Virus record (IMG/VR): IMGVR_UViG_3300037350_000040
Location: 1-46,219 of that record
Length of the DNA: 46,219 nt
Source of the DNA: a virus
Lineage: Duplodnaviria > Caudoviricetes
Reading direction: 5' to 3' (one strand)
Shown: positions 34,970-44,838 of the stretch, one piece after another
Position numbering within the stretch: position 1 is the first letter of the stretch
Layout: every line of letters begins with the position of its first letter
The notes under the pieces: generated by a model
The model's input: only the letters and a program-made list of their open reading frames with translations
Told to the model about the DNA's origin: nothing
The model's database searches: none
Translations under genes and position numbers: made by a program

Positions 34970-35944
34970 TCACACCGACGCCCACTTCGTCCTGAGGTAC
35001 CGCTCGACGCCGGCGATCTCACCGTCGGCGAGGACACGGTTGTAGACCAGCACCTCGCCGTACCGCACGTTGTAGAACGCCGTGGCCGAGTCTCGGCCGA
35101 GGAACAGGGTGGTCGAGAAGCCGGACGTGCCTGGGTTCGCGGTCGAGATCGTGGTGCCGTTCAGCCTTAGGCTCGAGGCCGCACCGCTGAGCACCGCCCC
35201 GAACACGTTGAAGTTCAGGTCGCGAGCGGTCGTGGTGTCCTGGGCGCTGGCGTTCGAGTACCCCCAGAACCCACCGTTCGTGGCGTAGATGATCGCCCGG
35301 TTCGTGTTCGCGTCGATCAACTCTGTGGTCGCGCCCGCCTCGTAAGCGACGATCTGGCCGGCGATGAACAGCGTCAACGGCTGCGCCTGGGTATAGGACG
35401 CGCTCGTGAGGATGTCGTTCGTCCCGTCGAACAGGGCGAGCGAGCGTCCGTTCTGAGCCGCCGGCTTGAAGGCCGGTCCGTTCGTGGCCTCCGAGAGGTG
35501 CTTGGCCCCGCCGCTCTTGTCCGTCACGCCCTTGATCACGTCGTTGTCGGCCAGGACCCCGGTGGTGCGGCCGGTGTCGGTGAACAGGGTGGAGGGATCG
35601 CCGAAGTCGTACCAGGCGGTCAGCCCGTTCTGGACGCCCGGGACCACGAGTCCGCGACCCTGCGTCACGACCGTGATGTCGCACGCCGTGGTCGTCGTGA
35701 TCGTGCACCCGTTCGCGAACTGCACGTTGAAGCTCGTGCCGATCGGAGGATCCTCCTTGAGCGCGGCTCCGTAGGTGATCGTCGCGATCTTGTTCGTGAG
35801 CGAACCGATCGAGTCGTAGATGGTGATGACCCCGTTGATGACGGCCTTGTTCATGACGATCCGCATCAGGGTCCCGGGGCCGGTAGCGACCACGGTGGTC
35901 CCGACCGTGGTGATGTTCGTGTACTGGCCCTTGTCATCGGTCAT
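34970..35944 (-). CDS. Structural protein: shared N-domain plus LamG/ConA-like domain
   Basis: LTAWYD..D, DKSG..KH, FDGTNDIL, GEVLVYNRVL....VERYL..KW. Confidence 0.75.
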   Translation of the reverse strand: MTDDKGQYTNITTVGTTVVATGPGTLMRIVMNKAVINGVITIYDSIGSLTNKIATITYGAALKEDPPIGTSFNVQFANGCTITTTTACDITVVTQGRGLVVPGVQNGLTAWYDFGDPSTLFTDTGRTTGVLADNDVIKGVTDKSGGAKHLSEATNGPAFKPAAQNGRSLALFDGTNDILTSASYTQAQPLTLFIAGQIVAYEAGATTELIDANTNRAIIYATNGGFWGYSNASAQDTTTARDLNFNVFGAVLSGAASSLRLNGTTISTANPGTSGFSTTLFLGRDSATAFYNVRYGEVLVYNRVLADGEIAGVERYLRTKWASV

Positions 35945-36228
35945 CAGCGGGTCACCACCGTGATGTCTGTCGCCCCCGAGGTCACGACCGTGCAGCCCGT
36001 GGCGAACTGGCACTCGTAGTGAGCCTCGATCGGAGGGTCACTCAGTAGCGACCCCCCGAACGTGATGGTGGCGATCTTCGTGCCGGAGCCGGCCGTGTTG
36101 TCGTAGATCGTGATCGTCGCCGAGAGGACAGCCTTGTTCACGATCACGCGCACGAGCGTCCCCGCTCCGGTCCTGCAGGTGGTCGTCGTGGCCGAGGTGA
36201 TGTTCGTGTACTGCGCCTTGTCGGCCAT
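35944..36228 (-). CDS. Small structural protein, paralog of the N-domain of 34970-35944
   Basis: DK.QYTNIT...G.GTL.R...NKAV....ITIYD...KIATIT...DPPI...FA.GCT..T....DITVVT. Confidence 0.75.
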   Translation of the reverse strand: MADKAQYTNITSATTTTCRTGAGTLVRVIVNKAVLSATITIYDNTAGSGTKIATITFGGSLLSDPPIEAHYECQFATGCTVVTSGATDITVVTR

Positions 36229-36239
36229 GACCGGCCTCC

Positions 36240-36665
36240 TTATGCGCTCGCCTTCGCGATGCGGTTGGGTGCGTCCATCGGGGAGTCCTCGACCATCGAG
36301 GCGTGCTTCTGGCAGTACCCGTCCTCGCTCACGGCCGGCCGGCCGCAGGCGTCCACCTCGCCGTCGATCGTCACCCGGAACAGGCACGTCGGCACGGCGG
36401 CGATGCTGCCGGCCATGACGGTGTCCTGCGAGGTGACGAGACGCATCGTCTTGCCGAAGTCGTAGTGCGCTTGGAGGTACTCCTCCACGGCGGCCTTGAC
36501 CTCATCGGACCAGCGGTTCAGAGCCTGGGCCGCATCCGAGTCGAACAGATGGTCATTGAACTCAGCGGCGATCCCCTTGACCTGCTGGCGGTGGGGACCC
36601 ACGATCTCCCAGTAGGTTGGCTCCACGACGTAACGGGCGCGGTCGTACCTCGACCAGAACTGCAC
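36240..36665 (-). CDS. Hypothetical protein with C-terminal Zn ribbon
   Basis: AAGGGGGAG RBS before GTG; C...CGRPA....YCQKH. Confidence 0.65.
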   Translation of the reverse strand: MQFWSRYDRARYVVEPTYWEIVGPHRQQVKGIAAEFNDHLFDSDAAQALNRWSDEVKAAVEEYLQAHYDFGKTMRLVTSQDTVMAGSIAAVPTCLFRVTIDGEVDACGRPAVSEDGYCQKHASMVEDSPMDAPNRIAKASA

Positions 36666-36694
36666 GTGTATCTCCCCCTTCGGGTAGGGCCGGC

Positions 36695-37042
36695 TCAGTA
36701 GCCGACGACGAACAGGCGGGCTGCGACCACTGTCTGGTTCGACGCGGTCGCCTCGGTCCCGACTGCGGTGTAGATGATCAGGGTCTTCGCGGTGTAGTCC
36801 ACCGCCAGCAGCCGGTTGTCGGCGGCCGTGTTCGTGTCCTTCTGCTCGATGCCGACGTACAGCACATCGGTGAAGTCGGACCAGATCGCGGCGATGTTCT
36901 CGCCGTTCACCGAGTAGTTCGTGGTGTCTTGGTCGTAGTCGTAGACCGCGACCTTGATCGCGCGCGACGCCATCCCGAAGACGGGTCGCTTGGACCCCTT
37001 GCCCGGACCGTCGGCCTGTAGAGCGATGACTGGTGCACCCAT
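36695..37042 (-). CDS. Putative capsid decoration protein
   Basis: Follows MCP; NYSVNGE...L.IY...GTE....RLFVVGY. Confidence 0.6.
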   Translation of the reverse strand: MGAPVIALQADGPGKGSKRPVFGMASRAIKVAVYDYDQDTTNYSVNGENIAAIWSDFTDVLYVGIEQKDTNTAADNRLLAVDYTAKTLIIYTAVGTEATASNQTVVAARLFVVGY

Positions 37043-37067
37043 CGGTGTGTCCTCTCAATCAGGACAG

Positions 37068-37097
37068 CACCGAGAGGGGCCGTAGCCCCTCCCGATG
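37068..37097 (-). terminator. Hairpin after the major capsid gene
   Basis: CATCGGGAGGGGC-TACG-GCCCCTCTCGGTG. Confidence 0.6.
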
Positions 37098-37112
37098 GTC
37101 TGTCGGTTCGCC

Positions 37113-38291
37113 TTACGAGGTGACTCCGGTCAGGATCCCGTGGGCGGTCTGGTTGTGGAGTTCGAACCCACACTCGGTGAGGTACTCGTCCGTCCAGCCG
37201 TCATCGCCGGGGGTCCCGACGTTCTCGCGCAGCATCGTGTCGCGCTCCGTCATCTTGGCGAAGGCGATCTTCTCCGTGTCGACCGCCAGCGCGTAGCCCG
37301 TGTACGGCGAGGGCGTGAGCAGGCGGTGCTTCACGATGTTCAGGGTGCCGTGGGAGGTGATCCACTGCTTCACGGCGATCCCGTAGGTCGTGTCGCTCGG
37401 CACGGTCTGGAGCCGGCCAGCACCCAGCTGGTCGATGACCGACACGACGGTGCCGGCGGCCATGAGGGTCCGGGTCATGCCCGATCCCGTGGCCTCGAAC
37501 ACCGTCTGGGTGAACGTCTCCAGTTCCGGCTCGGTCAGGGTCCCGCCGGCCGCCTGCGCGTTCGTCGTCACGAACTCGAGGAAGCCACCGGTCGTGCGCC
37601 ACGGCGTAGCCGTGGTGCCACCCAGGCCGGAGGTCGCGGTGTCCAGCTTCGCGTTGCCGAAGATGAACGCACGCTCGATGTCCATCATGTGGTAGACACC
37701 GTTCTCCTTGCGGAGGCGCGGCTTGTCCTTCCCGCCGTAGTTCTCCGACACGGACTCGGTACCGGTCGTGCCGAACGGCTGACGGAAGATCTGGGTGTAG
37801 TTGTACAGGAAGCCCTCGGTCACCGAGCGCGGCACTCCGAGGGTTCCACCTTCGGGGTAGGCCGTACCGATGATCACGAGGTTGTCACCGCTCGCGTTGG
37901 CGGTTGCCGACACGGAACCGGCGCCACGGACGGTGGCGATCGTGTTGGCGTCCACGTTCGAGGTGACGAGCGAGATCTCACCGGTTCGCGTGTTCAACAC
38001 GAGATCCTGCGCCTTGAAGCGCGGGGCCGTACCGGTGGTCACTCCCTGGTTCGCCGTCGAGGACGTGTCCGTCGCGAGCGAGGTCTTCGTGGGGAGATCC
38101 TTCTCCATCCACTCGTACTTCGAGTTCGTGACGGTTCGAGTCTTGGCGGCCTTGGACAGCAGAACGAACGGGTTCTCGTTCGGGTCCAAGTAGTGGATCG
38201 TGTTCGAGACATCTCGTACGCGTCGTGCCGCAGGGATATTCCCTGTGGACTCACGCACCGAGAGCGTCCCCTGCGCTGAGGTGACAGCCAT
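37113..38291 (-). CDS. Major capsid protein (SU10/DUF5309-like, HK97 fold)
   Basis: RDVS..I..LDP.ENPF, KYEWMEKDL, NYTQIFR, DIERAFIFG, R.TGG, E.GFEL.N..AHG; AAGGAG RBS. Confidence 0.88.
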   Translation of the reverse strand: MAVTSAQGTLSVRESTGNIPAARRVRDVSNTIHYLDPNENPFVLLSKAAKTRTVTNSKYEWMEKDLPTKTSLATDTSSTANQGVTTGTAPRFKAQDLVLNTRTGEISLVTSNVDANTIATVRGAGSVSATANASGDNLVIIGTAYPEGGTLGVPRSVTEGFLYNYTQIFRQPFGTTGTESVSENYGGKDKPRLRKENGVYHMMDIERAFIFGNAKLDTATSGLGGTTATPWRTTGGFLEFVTTNAQAAGGTLTEPELETFTQTVFEATGSGMTRTLMAAGTVVSVIDQLGAGRLQTVPSDTTYGIAVKQWITSHGTLNIVKHRLLTPSPYTGYALAVDTEKIAFAKMTERDTMLRENVGTPGDDGWTDEYLTECGFELHNQTAHGILTGVTS

Positions 38292-38480
38292 GGTGGCTCC
38301 TTCGAGTCGCGGATGAACAACTGACTCGCGAGCGAGCGGAGGGCGAAGTGCGTTACTCCTGCCGCGTGTGGATCGGTGGGGGCCATGGCGGGTATCCCCG
38401 GTACTGCGGTACTGCGGTGAGGTCCCTTAGCGGGGGTGTCTCACGGTGAGGTTGACACGCGGGAAGAGGCGTGTCAACGA
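38292..38480 (-). promoter_or_regulatory. Structured capsid-gene leader containing TTGACA in a hairpin
   Basis: GTTGACACGC/GCGTGTCAAC inverted repeat, further hairpins, 8-nt tandem repeat. Confidence 0.5.
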
Positions 38481-38482
38481 AC

Positions 38483-39526
38483 TCAGACGCCGAACACGGA
38501 CTTGGATCGGCCTCCACGGGCCATGTCCAGCACGTCGTCCCAGTCGTCTCGCTCCGGCTCTTCGCCGGCGGGAGGAGCGCCCAGGGAGCCGGACTCGACG
38601 GTGGCCTTCTTGCGGGCGTCGGTCAGATCTCGTGCCTTGGGCTTGGTGCGTGTGACGGTCTTGACGCCGGCGAGTCTACGTGCGAGGGCTAGACCGTCGT
38701 CGGTGTCGATATACGTCGGGTTCGCGCGGAGCACCGAGCGCAGTTCGGGGACCTGGCTCATCTCGAGCGCGATCGAGTAGTTCTCGGCGAGGGTGGGATC
38801 CAGGCCGAACTCGTGGAAGACCTCGACCATGCCGATCTCGGCATCACCGTCTACCTCAGGGTTAGCGGTGCGGAACGCGCCGATAGCGGACTTCGTCTCG
38901 GCCTCGGTCCGGGCAAGCTCTGCCATCTGCTGCTGTTGCTGTAGCTGGGCCTGGAGCGGGGAGATCCGCGCGTCGGCCTCCTGCTGGGCGATCTGACGGG
39001 CGAGCTTGAGCGTCTCCTCGTCCACCCCCAGCTGGTCGGCGACCTTGGAGAGATCCTCCTCGGCCGGCTTGGCCTTCTCGGCCTCCACCTGGGTGATGTA
39101 CTGCGCGGCGGCCTCGAGGTAGGCGGTGGCCTGCGCCAGCTGCTGCTCGGCGTTCTTGGCCCGCTCCGCTTGGCGCTGGCCGAGGTCGAGGGCGTTGCGG
39201 TGAGCCTCTTCGAAGTCCTCGACCGTCTTGTACTTGGTCGCGTAGCGCCCCTCGTACGGGGTCGCCTTGGCCTCCTCAGGCTCTTCTTCCTCCTCAGGCT
39301 CCTCCTCGGTGACCTCCTCCTCGGTGGCCGGCTCCTCGGTGACCTCATCGAGGGCGGGTTCCGGCTCTTCGGGGGTGTCGGGGGCGAGGGGATCGGCGCC
39401 GGTCGATCCCGGCGCTTCCTCGGGGGCTACCGCTTCGGCGACGTCGGAGATCTCAGGAGCGTCTCCGAACGGGTCGGCTTCGGGTGTCTCAGACATCACG
39501 TCGAGGCCGAAGGCATCCTTAGGCAT
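38483..39526 (-). CDS. Capsid scaffolding protein
   Basis: Highly acidic N-terminus, KYKTVEDFEEAH motif, coiled coil; lies between portal and MCP. Confidence 0.8.
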   Translation of the reverse strand: MPKDAFGLDVMSETPEADPFGDAPEISDVAEAVAPEEAPGSTGADPLAPDTPEEPEPALDEVTEEPATEEEVTEEEPEEEEEPEEAKATPYEGRYATKYKTVEDFEEAHRNALDLGQRQAERAKNAEQQLAQATAYLEAAAQYITQVEAEKAKPAEEDLSKVADQLGVDEETLKLARQIAQQEADARISPLQAQLQQQQQMAELARTEAETKSAIGAFRTANPEVDGDAEIGMVEVFHEFGLDPTLAENYSIALEMSQVPELRSVLRANPTYIDTDDGLALARRLAGVKTVTRTKPKARDLTDARKKATVESGSLGAPPAGEEPERDDWDDVLDMARGGRSKSVFGV

Positions 39527-39872
39527 CGTTTACTTCCTCTCCCTCTTCCGTGGCTTCGAGAGCCTCGCGGATCCGTGACAGGTCGCCGGCGACCGACTCC
39601 TTCAGCTGCTTGAGCATCCTGAAGGCGATCACCATGCCCTGTCGTTGCACGAACTCTTCCATCGACCCGCCACGGAGCATCGACTCGATCGAGTCGTTCT
39701 CCCGGTAGGTCGCCCACTGCTCGATCAGGTCCCAGTCGGGTCCCGTCGTGATGCGGTGGTACGGCTCGAGCGTGGAGAGTGCCTCGAGCAGTTCTGCGCG
39801 GCTGGCCTCGATCACGTCGGGGTCTGCCGACACGTGTTCCCCCGCGAGCGAGCGCGGGTTGGCGCTATCCAT
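39519..39872 (-). CDS. Hypothetical protein between portal and scaffold
   Basis: GGATAGGAGG RBS; W..I.....QG motif. Confidence 0.7.
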   Translation of the reverse strand: MDSANPRSLAGEHVSADPDVIEASRAELLEALSTLEPYHRITTGPDWDLIEQWATYRENDSIESMLRGGSMEEFVQRQGMVIAFRMLKQLKESVAGDLSRIREALEATEEGEEVNDA

Positions 39873-39881
39873 CCGTCCCTC

Positions 39882-41822
39882 CTATCCCTCCTGGCCCGCT
39901 GCCGCGAGCATGTCCATGATCTGGTTGGGGTCACCCACCCCATCGGGTCCCGGCGCCATCTCGCCGCCGCCGGGGGGGACCGATGAGAGCATCGGCTGCG
40001 GCGGTGGGGGCGGCGCGGGGGCATAGCGCATCTTGTCCTCGATCCCGAAGGCGTCGAGGACGTCGGATGCCAGAGCGTCCAGCGAGAGCAGCGGCTGCCC
40101 TGTCACTGGGTTCATGATCTGAGCGAAGGTCTGGAGCAGGTTCATCGACTGCTCCTTGCGGACCGACTCGGTCACGACCGAGGACTGGGCCTCGATCGAG
40201 TAGTCGAAGCCGCCCTGCAAGGACTCGGCGGTGACTTGGATCCACTCCTTCTGCCCGTCCTCGTTGAGGATCCGCAGGCTCATCTCCTCCGGCATGAACT
40301 GCTGCAGGATCGAGCCGTACATCTCAGCGAGGGGAGACAGGCCGGTCATCTCCGCGAGGTTCACCTTGAGCGCGAACCTCGAGTTGCCCTGCTCGGTGAT
40401 GATCGAGGCGCCGGTGGCGGTCTGGTTGTAGGACGCTGCGTCCCCGGATCCGCCGGTGTAGGAGTTGACAGCGGAGATCTTCTCCGTCATCCGCTCGACC
40501 TCGGCGACCTCTTGGTAGATCGACCCGGTCACGTCGGGCGTGTCGATCCACTGGATCACGTCGCGAGGGTTCATGTCCTTCGCGCGGACGCGGATCCCAC
40601 CGCCCGGACGGGTCTTCAGGTCCCGCATGTCCCAGACGTTGTCGGGGTCGAACGCGAACATCCGGTTCAGCACCAGGCGCACGTTGTCGATGCGCTGGTT
40701 CCACAGGGCGTTCGTCACGTCCTGCATGCCCTCGATCGGCTCGATCTCCCCGACGCCCCAGAACTCGCCCTCCTGCAGGTAGTCCACGATCCGGATGAAG
40801 GGCTTGGAGCCGTGCTCGTAGGGGTTCTCGTCGCAGCGGACGATCGCGCAGCGGTTCAGCACCACCATCACGGTCGTGTCGGTCCAGATCTCCCAGATCT
40901 CGGCGAGCTTGCGCGTCGGATCGGTCTGGGCGTTCTTCGTCTCCTCGCGGAGCTTGTAGATCGTGTCGGTCTGGCCCGACCAGAGGTCCCCGTACTCGTG
41001 TTCCGGGGGCATCCGCCAGATCCCTTCGCGAAGCATGTTCTTGACGTACACGTCGTCGCGGAAGGACCGCTGGATCACGTACCGGGCGTCGTACATCGAG
41101 GTCGCTTCGGGCGCCGGCCAGAAGTTGAAGATGTCCACGAACTCGGTGACCGGCCCCTCGTAGACCACGACCTCGGTATTCACGCGCTCGTACTCGCCGG
41201 TGCCGACCTCGTCCCCCATCGGGGCGTCCTCGGTGAGGGGCTGACCGTCCAGCCCCATCATCGGAGCGCCCGTGTCGGGATCCATGACCGGCATCGGCAT
41301 CATCATCTGCTCGGTCTGCTCTTCCATCCTCACCACGGGCTTGGTGATGCGGACGTGGCGGACCTTCGCGATCCCCGTGCCGTACTTGAGCGCCGACTTG
41401 TAGACCATGACCAGCTGCTCGTACATCTTCGAGCGGCCGGCAGCCCAGTCCAGCAGCTTCTCCATGACCTTGGCCGGCTCATCGTCTTCAGGCTCGAGGC
41501 CCTCGACGCGGAACGTCGGGAGTTGGGCGACCATCTTGGGGATGATCGACTCGATGACGTAGAACACGATCGGCCAGAAGACCTTGGAGTGCCAGTCGCC
41601 GTCCTGACGCGCGACCCAGGACCGATACAGCTTGTAGTACCGCTCCCAGCGGGTCTGGAGCGGCCTGCGGGCGTCGTCAGCCGCCGAGAACTGCTCGAGC
41701 GCCCAGTTCAGGAGGCGTGAGTGCTCCTCCTTGTTCTTCGGGAAGAGTTCCCCCCCGCGCTCGCCTTCCTCGTTCGTCTCATCGACGGGTCGGGAGGCGG
41801 CCTCGACGGGGTCGGTCTTCAC
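39882..41822 (-). CDS. Portal protein (P22/SU10-like)
   Basis: W.RYYKLY, ALKYGTGIAKV, VDIFNFWP.P.A, NPY.HG.KPF, FWGVG.IE, RPGG.I, QTATGA. Confidence 0.9.
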   Translation of the reverse strand: MKTDPVEAASRPVDETNEEGERGGELFPKNKEEHSRLLNWALEQFSAADDARRPLQTRWERYYKLYRSWVARQDGDWHSKVFWPIVFYVIESIIPKMVAQLPTFRVEGLEPEDDEPAKVMEKLLDWAAGRSKMYEQLVMVYKSALKYGTGIAKVRHVRITKPVVRMEEQTEQMMMPMPVMDPDTGAPMMGLDGQPLTEDAPMGDEVGTGEYERVNTEVVVYEGPVTEFVDIFNFWPAPEATSMYDARYVIQRSFRDDVYVKNMLREGIWRMPPEHEYGDLWSGQTDTIYKLREETKNAQTDPTRKLAEIWEIWTDTTVMVVLNRCAIVRCDENPYEHGSKPFIRIVDYLQEGEFWGVGEIEPIEGMQDVTNALWNQRIDNVRLVLNRMFAFDPDNVWDMRDLKTRPGGGIRVRAKDMNPRDVIQWIDTPDVTGSIYQEVAEVERMTEKISAVNSYTGGSGDAASYNQTATGASIITEQGNSRFALKVNLAEMTGLSPLAEMYGSILQQFMPEEMSLRILNEDGQKEWIQVTAESLQGGFDYSIEAQSSVVTESVRKEQSMNLLQTFAQIMNPVTGQPLLSLDALASDVLDAFGIEDKMRYAPAPPPPPQPMLSSVPPGGGEMAPGPDGVGDPNQIMDMLAAAGQEG

Positions 41823-42013
41823 TTCGTGCTCTTCTTCTTGGCCGCTGTCGACTTACGGGCCGTGCTGGTCGACTTACGGGCCGGCTTCTTGGCGGGCGCA
41901 CCCTCAGCCTCAGCCTTAGCCTTAGGGTCAGCCTCACCCTCAGCCTCAGCCGGAGCGAAGAACGCGTCCTCGTCCAGCGTGTTGTCGTCGCGAGTCTTCG
42001 GATCCATGGTCAC
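41819..42013 (-). CDS. Small acidic/basic low-complexity protein
   Basis: Coupled; Lys/Ala-rich tail. Confidence 0.6.
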   Translation of the reverse strand: MTMDPKTRDDNTLDEDAFFAPAEAEGEADPKAKAEAEGAPAKKPARKSTSTARKSTAAKKKSTK

Positions 42014-42135
42014 TTCCCCTTCTTCTTCGGCTTCTTCGCCGCCGCGTTCGTGATCTTGGCCGCCGAGGTCTTCGAGTACCCCTTGGCGACCAGCTTCTCG
42101 TACTGCGGCCAGTTCTTGACCTGCTTCCCCGGCAT
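42010..42135 (-). CDS. 41-aa basic protein
   Basis: Own translation MPGKQVKNWPQYEKLVAKGYSKTSAAKITNAAAKKPKKKGK; GAGGAGG RBS. Confidence 0.7.
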   Translation of the reverse strand: MPGKQVKNWPQYEKLVAKGYSKTSAAKITNAAAKKPKKKGK

Positions 42136-42148
42136 AGGACCCCCTCCT

Positions 42149-43966
42149 CTATAGGCCGGTGGGTGTATCCGCTACCTCAGGCTCCGGCATCGCGCCGGTG
42201 ACCTGATTACGGTGGTGCAGGGTCATCTGTACCCCGATCGCGAACGAGATAACTCGGTCGTCGTGGGTCCCCTCCTGGGCTTCCGGCCGGCCATCGTCGC
42301 CCCGGACGAACCCGAAGAGTTCCCTGATCGTGTCGGCAGAGAAGATCTCGACCTGCTGGTTCCGCACGAGCGCGGCGAGGTCGTCCAGCATGGGCATCCG
42401 GGTCGTTCCGTCGGTCACCCAGCCGTAGTAGGAGGAGATCTTGGCCCCTCGGACGTTGATCCGGCGGTGCACGAACAGGTTCCGGTGCTTCCACACGTCC
42501 TTGAGGAGCGAGATCGCGGTCTGGCCGGAGGAGTGGTTACGCTCGATCCCGGTCAGCGCCTGCTCCCGCATCGTCCTCATCTGCTCGGGGCCGGGGCACG
42601 ACCACCACGAGGTGGCGTAGTAGATCTGTTCGGCGAACACTTCGGGGGCCATCCGGCCATGGATCTGGGCCACCTGCCGTAGTACGGGGACCCTACGCTT
42701 ATGACCGGGGCGGTCAGGATCTTCTTCTAGCTCCGACACCTTGATGATGTCAGCGGAGGAGAAGTCCCGACCGCCCCGTTCGGCCTCGGGGTCCGACAGG
42801 GAGGCGTCAACAGCTGCAGCGGCCTTGCCCTCGGCGGTGTCGGCCCCCAAGACGTAGTGGCCGTCGTCGTCCGGCATCTCCCAGACCTTCACATAGCCGC
42901 GCTCGGACGCCTGGAGCTTGAAGCCCTGGCCGATCTTGACGAACGTGCCGCGTCTGATCGGCGCCTTCGCGCGCTGCTCGTACTCCTCGAGCGCCCCGAC
43001 GTCGAAGAACGTGTCACCGGAGAGCACGAACGCCTCTCGAGCGTTCGAGGGGTACTCCTGGCGGAACGTGCGCTCGTCTCCGAGGAAGTCGTCGCGGATC
43101 TTGCCGCGCCGCCACGCGATCTGGTTGATCGAGAGCCGGTGGAAGCGGCCCTCCCAGTAGATCCCCTCGTCCATGGCCTTGCGTTCCCACGGATCCGAGG
43201 AGTACTTGATCTCGTCCCACTCGCCCTCGGTGACCTCACGCTGATATTCGGCGTGGACCCACCAGGGCAGGAAGATCGGCATCCACTCCGACAGGCCAGA
43301 CTCGGCGAGGAGCCAGAGCCGGTGGAAGAGGTTCCCGACGCCCTTGGCGGTGGACTCAACGTAGACCTCGCCGCCCTCGGTCGGGACCGCCTGCATCAGC
43401 GCGGTCCACGTCTCGTCGGCCTTGGGCCACACGGCGATCTCGGAGGCGTGCAGGTAGTGGACCGTGGATCCACGGCCGGCGTCGGGGTCGCCCGCCGTCT
43501 CCACCGTGATCCTCGAGTCGGTCTTCCAACTCATCTCGCGCGCGCCGCGCGTGGACTTGCGAGGCGGTCGAAGCTCGTCGGGGACCTCGCGGTCGTACCG
43601 CTCGTAGATCCCGAAGATGTCGCCGGCGCGGTCGAGCTTGTCAGCGAGGACGAGGCCGCGCTTGTTCCCCCACAGGGTGCAGCCCCGGTAGATCCTCGAG
43701 GCGCACCACGTGGAGATGCCCTCCTGGCGGGCCTTGAGGATCAGCACACGGACCTTGCCGGTGCGTTCGCGCTGCTCCTCGATCTTCGTCCGGACGTACT
43801 CCTGGGCGAAGTTCGGCTCGAACCGGGCCATCCGGCCGGCCTTGGTCTGGATCTTCAGGGCAGCGCGGCAGTAGAGGTGGTGGTCGGCTCTGAGGCGCTG
43901 GAGGTGTTCTCTGGTCAGTTCCGGGGCTTCGACCGCCTGGCTCAGCGGAAGAAGCTCCATCCCCAC
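42149..43966 (-). CDS. terL: Terminase large subunit
   Basis: Walker A ILKARQEGIST, Walker B YLHASE, ESTAKG, FRQEYP, RNase H-like VLGADTAEG and HDDRV. Confidence 0.95.
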   Translation of the reverse strand: MGMELLPLSQAVEAPELTREHLQRLRADHHLYCRAALKIQTKAGRMARFEPNFAQEYVRTKIEEQRERTGKVRVLILKARQEGISTWCASRIYRGCTLWGNKRGLVLADKLDRAGDIFGIYERYDREVPDELRPPRKSTRGAREMSWKTDSRITVETAGDPDAGRGSTVHYLHASEIAVWPKADETWTALMQAVPTEGGEVYVESTAKGVGNLFHRLWLLAESGLSEWMPIFLPWWVHAEYQREVTEGEWDEIKYSSDPWERKAMDEGIYWEGRFHRLSINQIAWRRGKIRDDFLGDERTFRQEYPSNAREAFVLSGDTFFDVGALEEYEQRAKAPIRRGTFVKIGQGFKLQASERGYVKVWEMPDDDGHYVLGADTAEGKAAAAVDASLSDPEAERGGRDFSSADIIKVSELEEDPDRPGHKRRVPVLRQVAQIHGRMAPEVFAEQIYYATSWWSCPGPEQMRTMREQALTGIERNHSSGQTAISLLKDVWKHRNLFVHRRINVRGAKISSYYGWVTDGTTRMPMLDDLAALVRNQQVEIFSADTIRELFGFVRGDDGRPEAQEGTHDDRVISFAIGVQMTLHHRNQVTGAMPEPEVADTPTGL

Positions 43967-44100
43967 AGGCCGCCGAGGTTATAGACCAGCAGCCCGCCGA
44001 TCAGGATGATCCAGCTGATCGCCATCCACGTGGAGTGGCGGTCCCAGAACGGGATGCTCGAGCGCGGCCGAGGGCCGGGGGGCGGATCGGGGAGCTTCAT
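43942..44100 (-). CDS. Small membrane protein
   Basis: Pro-rich N-terminus, one TM helix. Confidence 0.55.
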   Translation of the reverse strand: MKLPDPPPGPRPRSSIPFWDRHSTWMAISWIILIGGLLVYNLGGLWGWSFFR

Positions 44101-44351
44101 CGGTCCTGCCTCCACTCCACACCCCAACGGCCATCAGCGAAGATGTTGACCGTGATCACTCCTGGCTCCTCCACGCGCATCGTGAACGATGGCTGGGTGG
44201 CCTCGAGGGGGATCCAGACCCCGTACGGCTCTGCCGGCTCCACCTCGATGTCGATCTCGGTGTCCTGGGTGAGGATCTCCGTCACCCGGCGCAGATGCGG
44301 GTTCTCGATCGATACGCCTTCGGCGTCGAACCCTGACTCGTCACTCATCAC
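44097..44351 (-). CDS. Hypothetical acidic protein
   Basis: GATAGGGGG RBS; coupled. Confidence 0.65.
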   Translation of the reverse strand: MMSDESGFDAEGVSIENPHLRRVTEILTQDTEIDIEVEPAEPYGVWIPLEATQPSFTMRVEEPGVITVNIFADGRWGVEWRQDR

Positions 44352-44838
44352 GTCCCCCTATCTCGCTGAGCCGCTGGTCGAGCACCCCGCTCGTGACGGC
44401 CCAGCAGTCGTGTGGGATCCGCCCGTAGAGCCTGTGGGCGGGGTTCCCGGTCCAGTTCGCGTCGGTCATGATGTCGCGCCCGACGATGTGACCGACGACC
44501 CGGTATCGGTCGAAGTCGTAACGCCAGACGAGCACGTAGGTGTCGTCGGCGTGGCCGTACTTCTTGTCCTCCGGCGCCACCATCAGGTGATACCCGGGCC
44601 TCATGCCTCCCCGGACCTGCACCTGGCCGACGTCGTAGCGCCCCAGTTCCCCGGGAACCGGTGGCGGCACCCCGAGCGCCTGGGCGGCGGCGACCTCGGA
44701 AGCGGCGCCCAGGTAGGCGTTCCGGTCCCGATCCTGCCCGGGGTACCGTGCCCTGAGCGTCGGGTTGTTCAGCCCCGCTCGGGCGATCGCGTCGACCAGC
44801 AGCAGCTGTGAGCGATCCAGCTTCACGTCGAGACTCAC
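44341..44838 (-). CDS. Putative PD-(D/E)xK-like nuclease
   Basis: GAASEVAAA..LG, YDVGQVQVR, YVLV, VVGHI. Confidence 0.5.
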   Translation of the reverse strand: MSLDVKLDRSQLLLVDAIARAGLNNPTLRARYPGQDRDRNAYLGAASEVAAAQALGVPPPVPGELGRYDVGQVQVRGGMRPGYHLMVAPEDKKYGHADDTYVLVWRYDFDRYRVVGHIVGRDIMTDANWTGNPAHRLYGRIPHDCWAVTSGVLDQRLSEIGGRDE

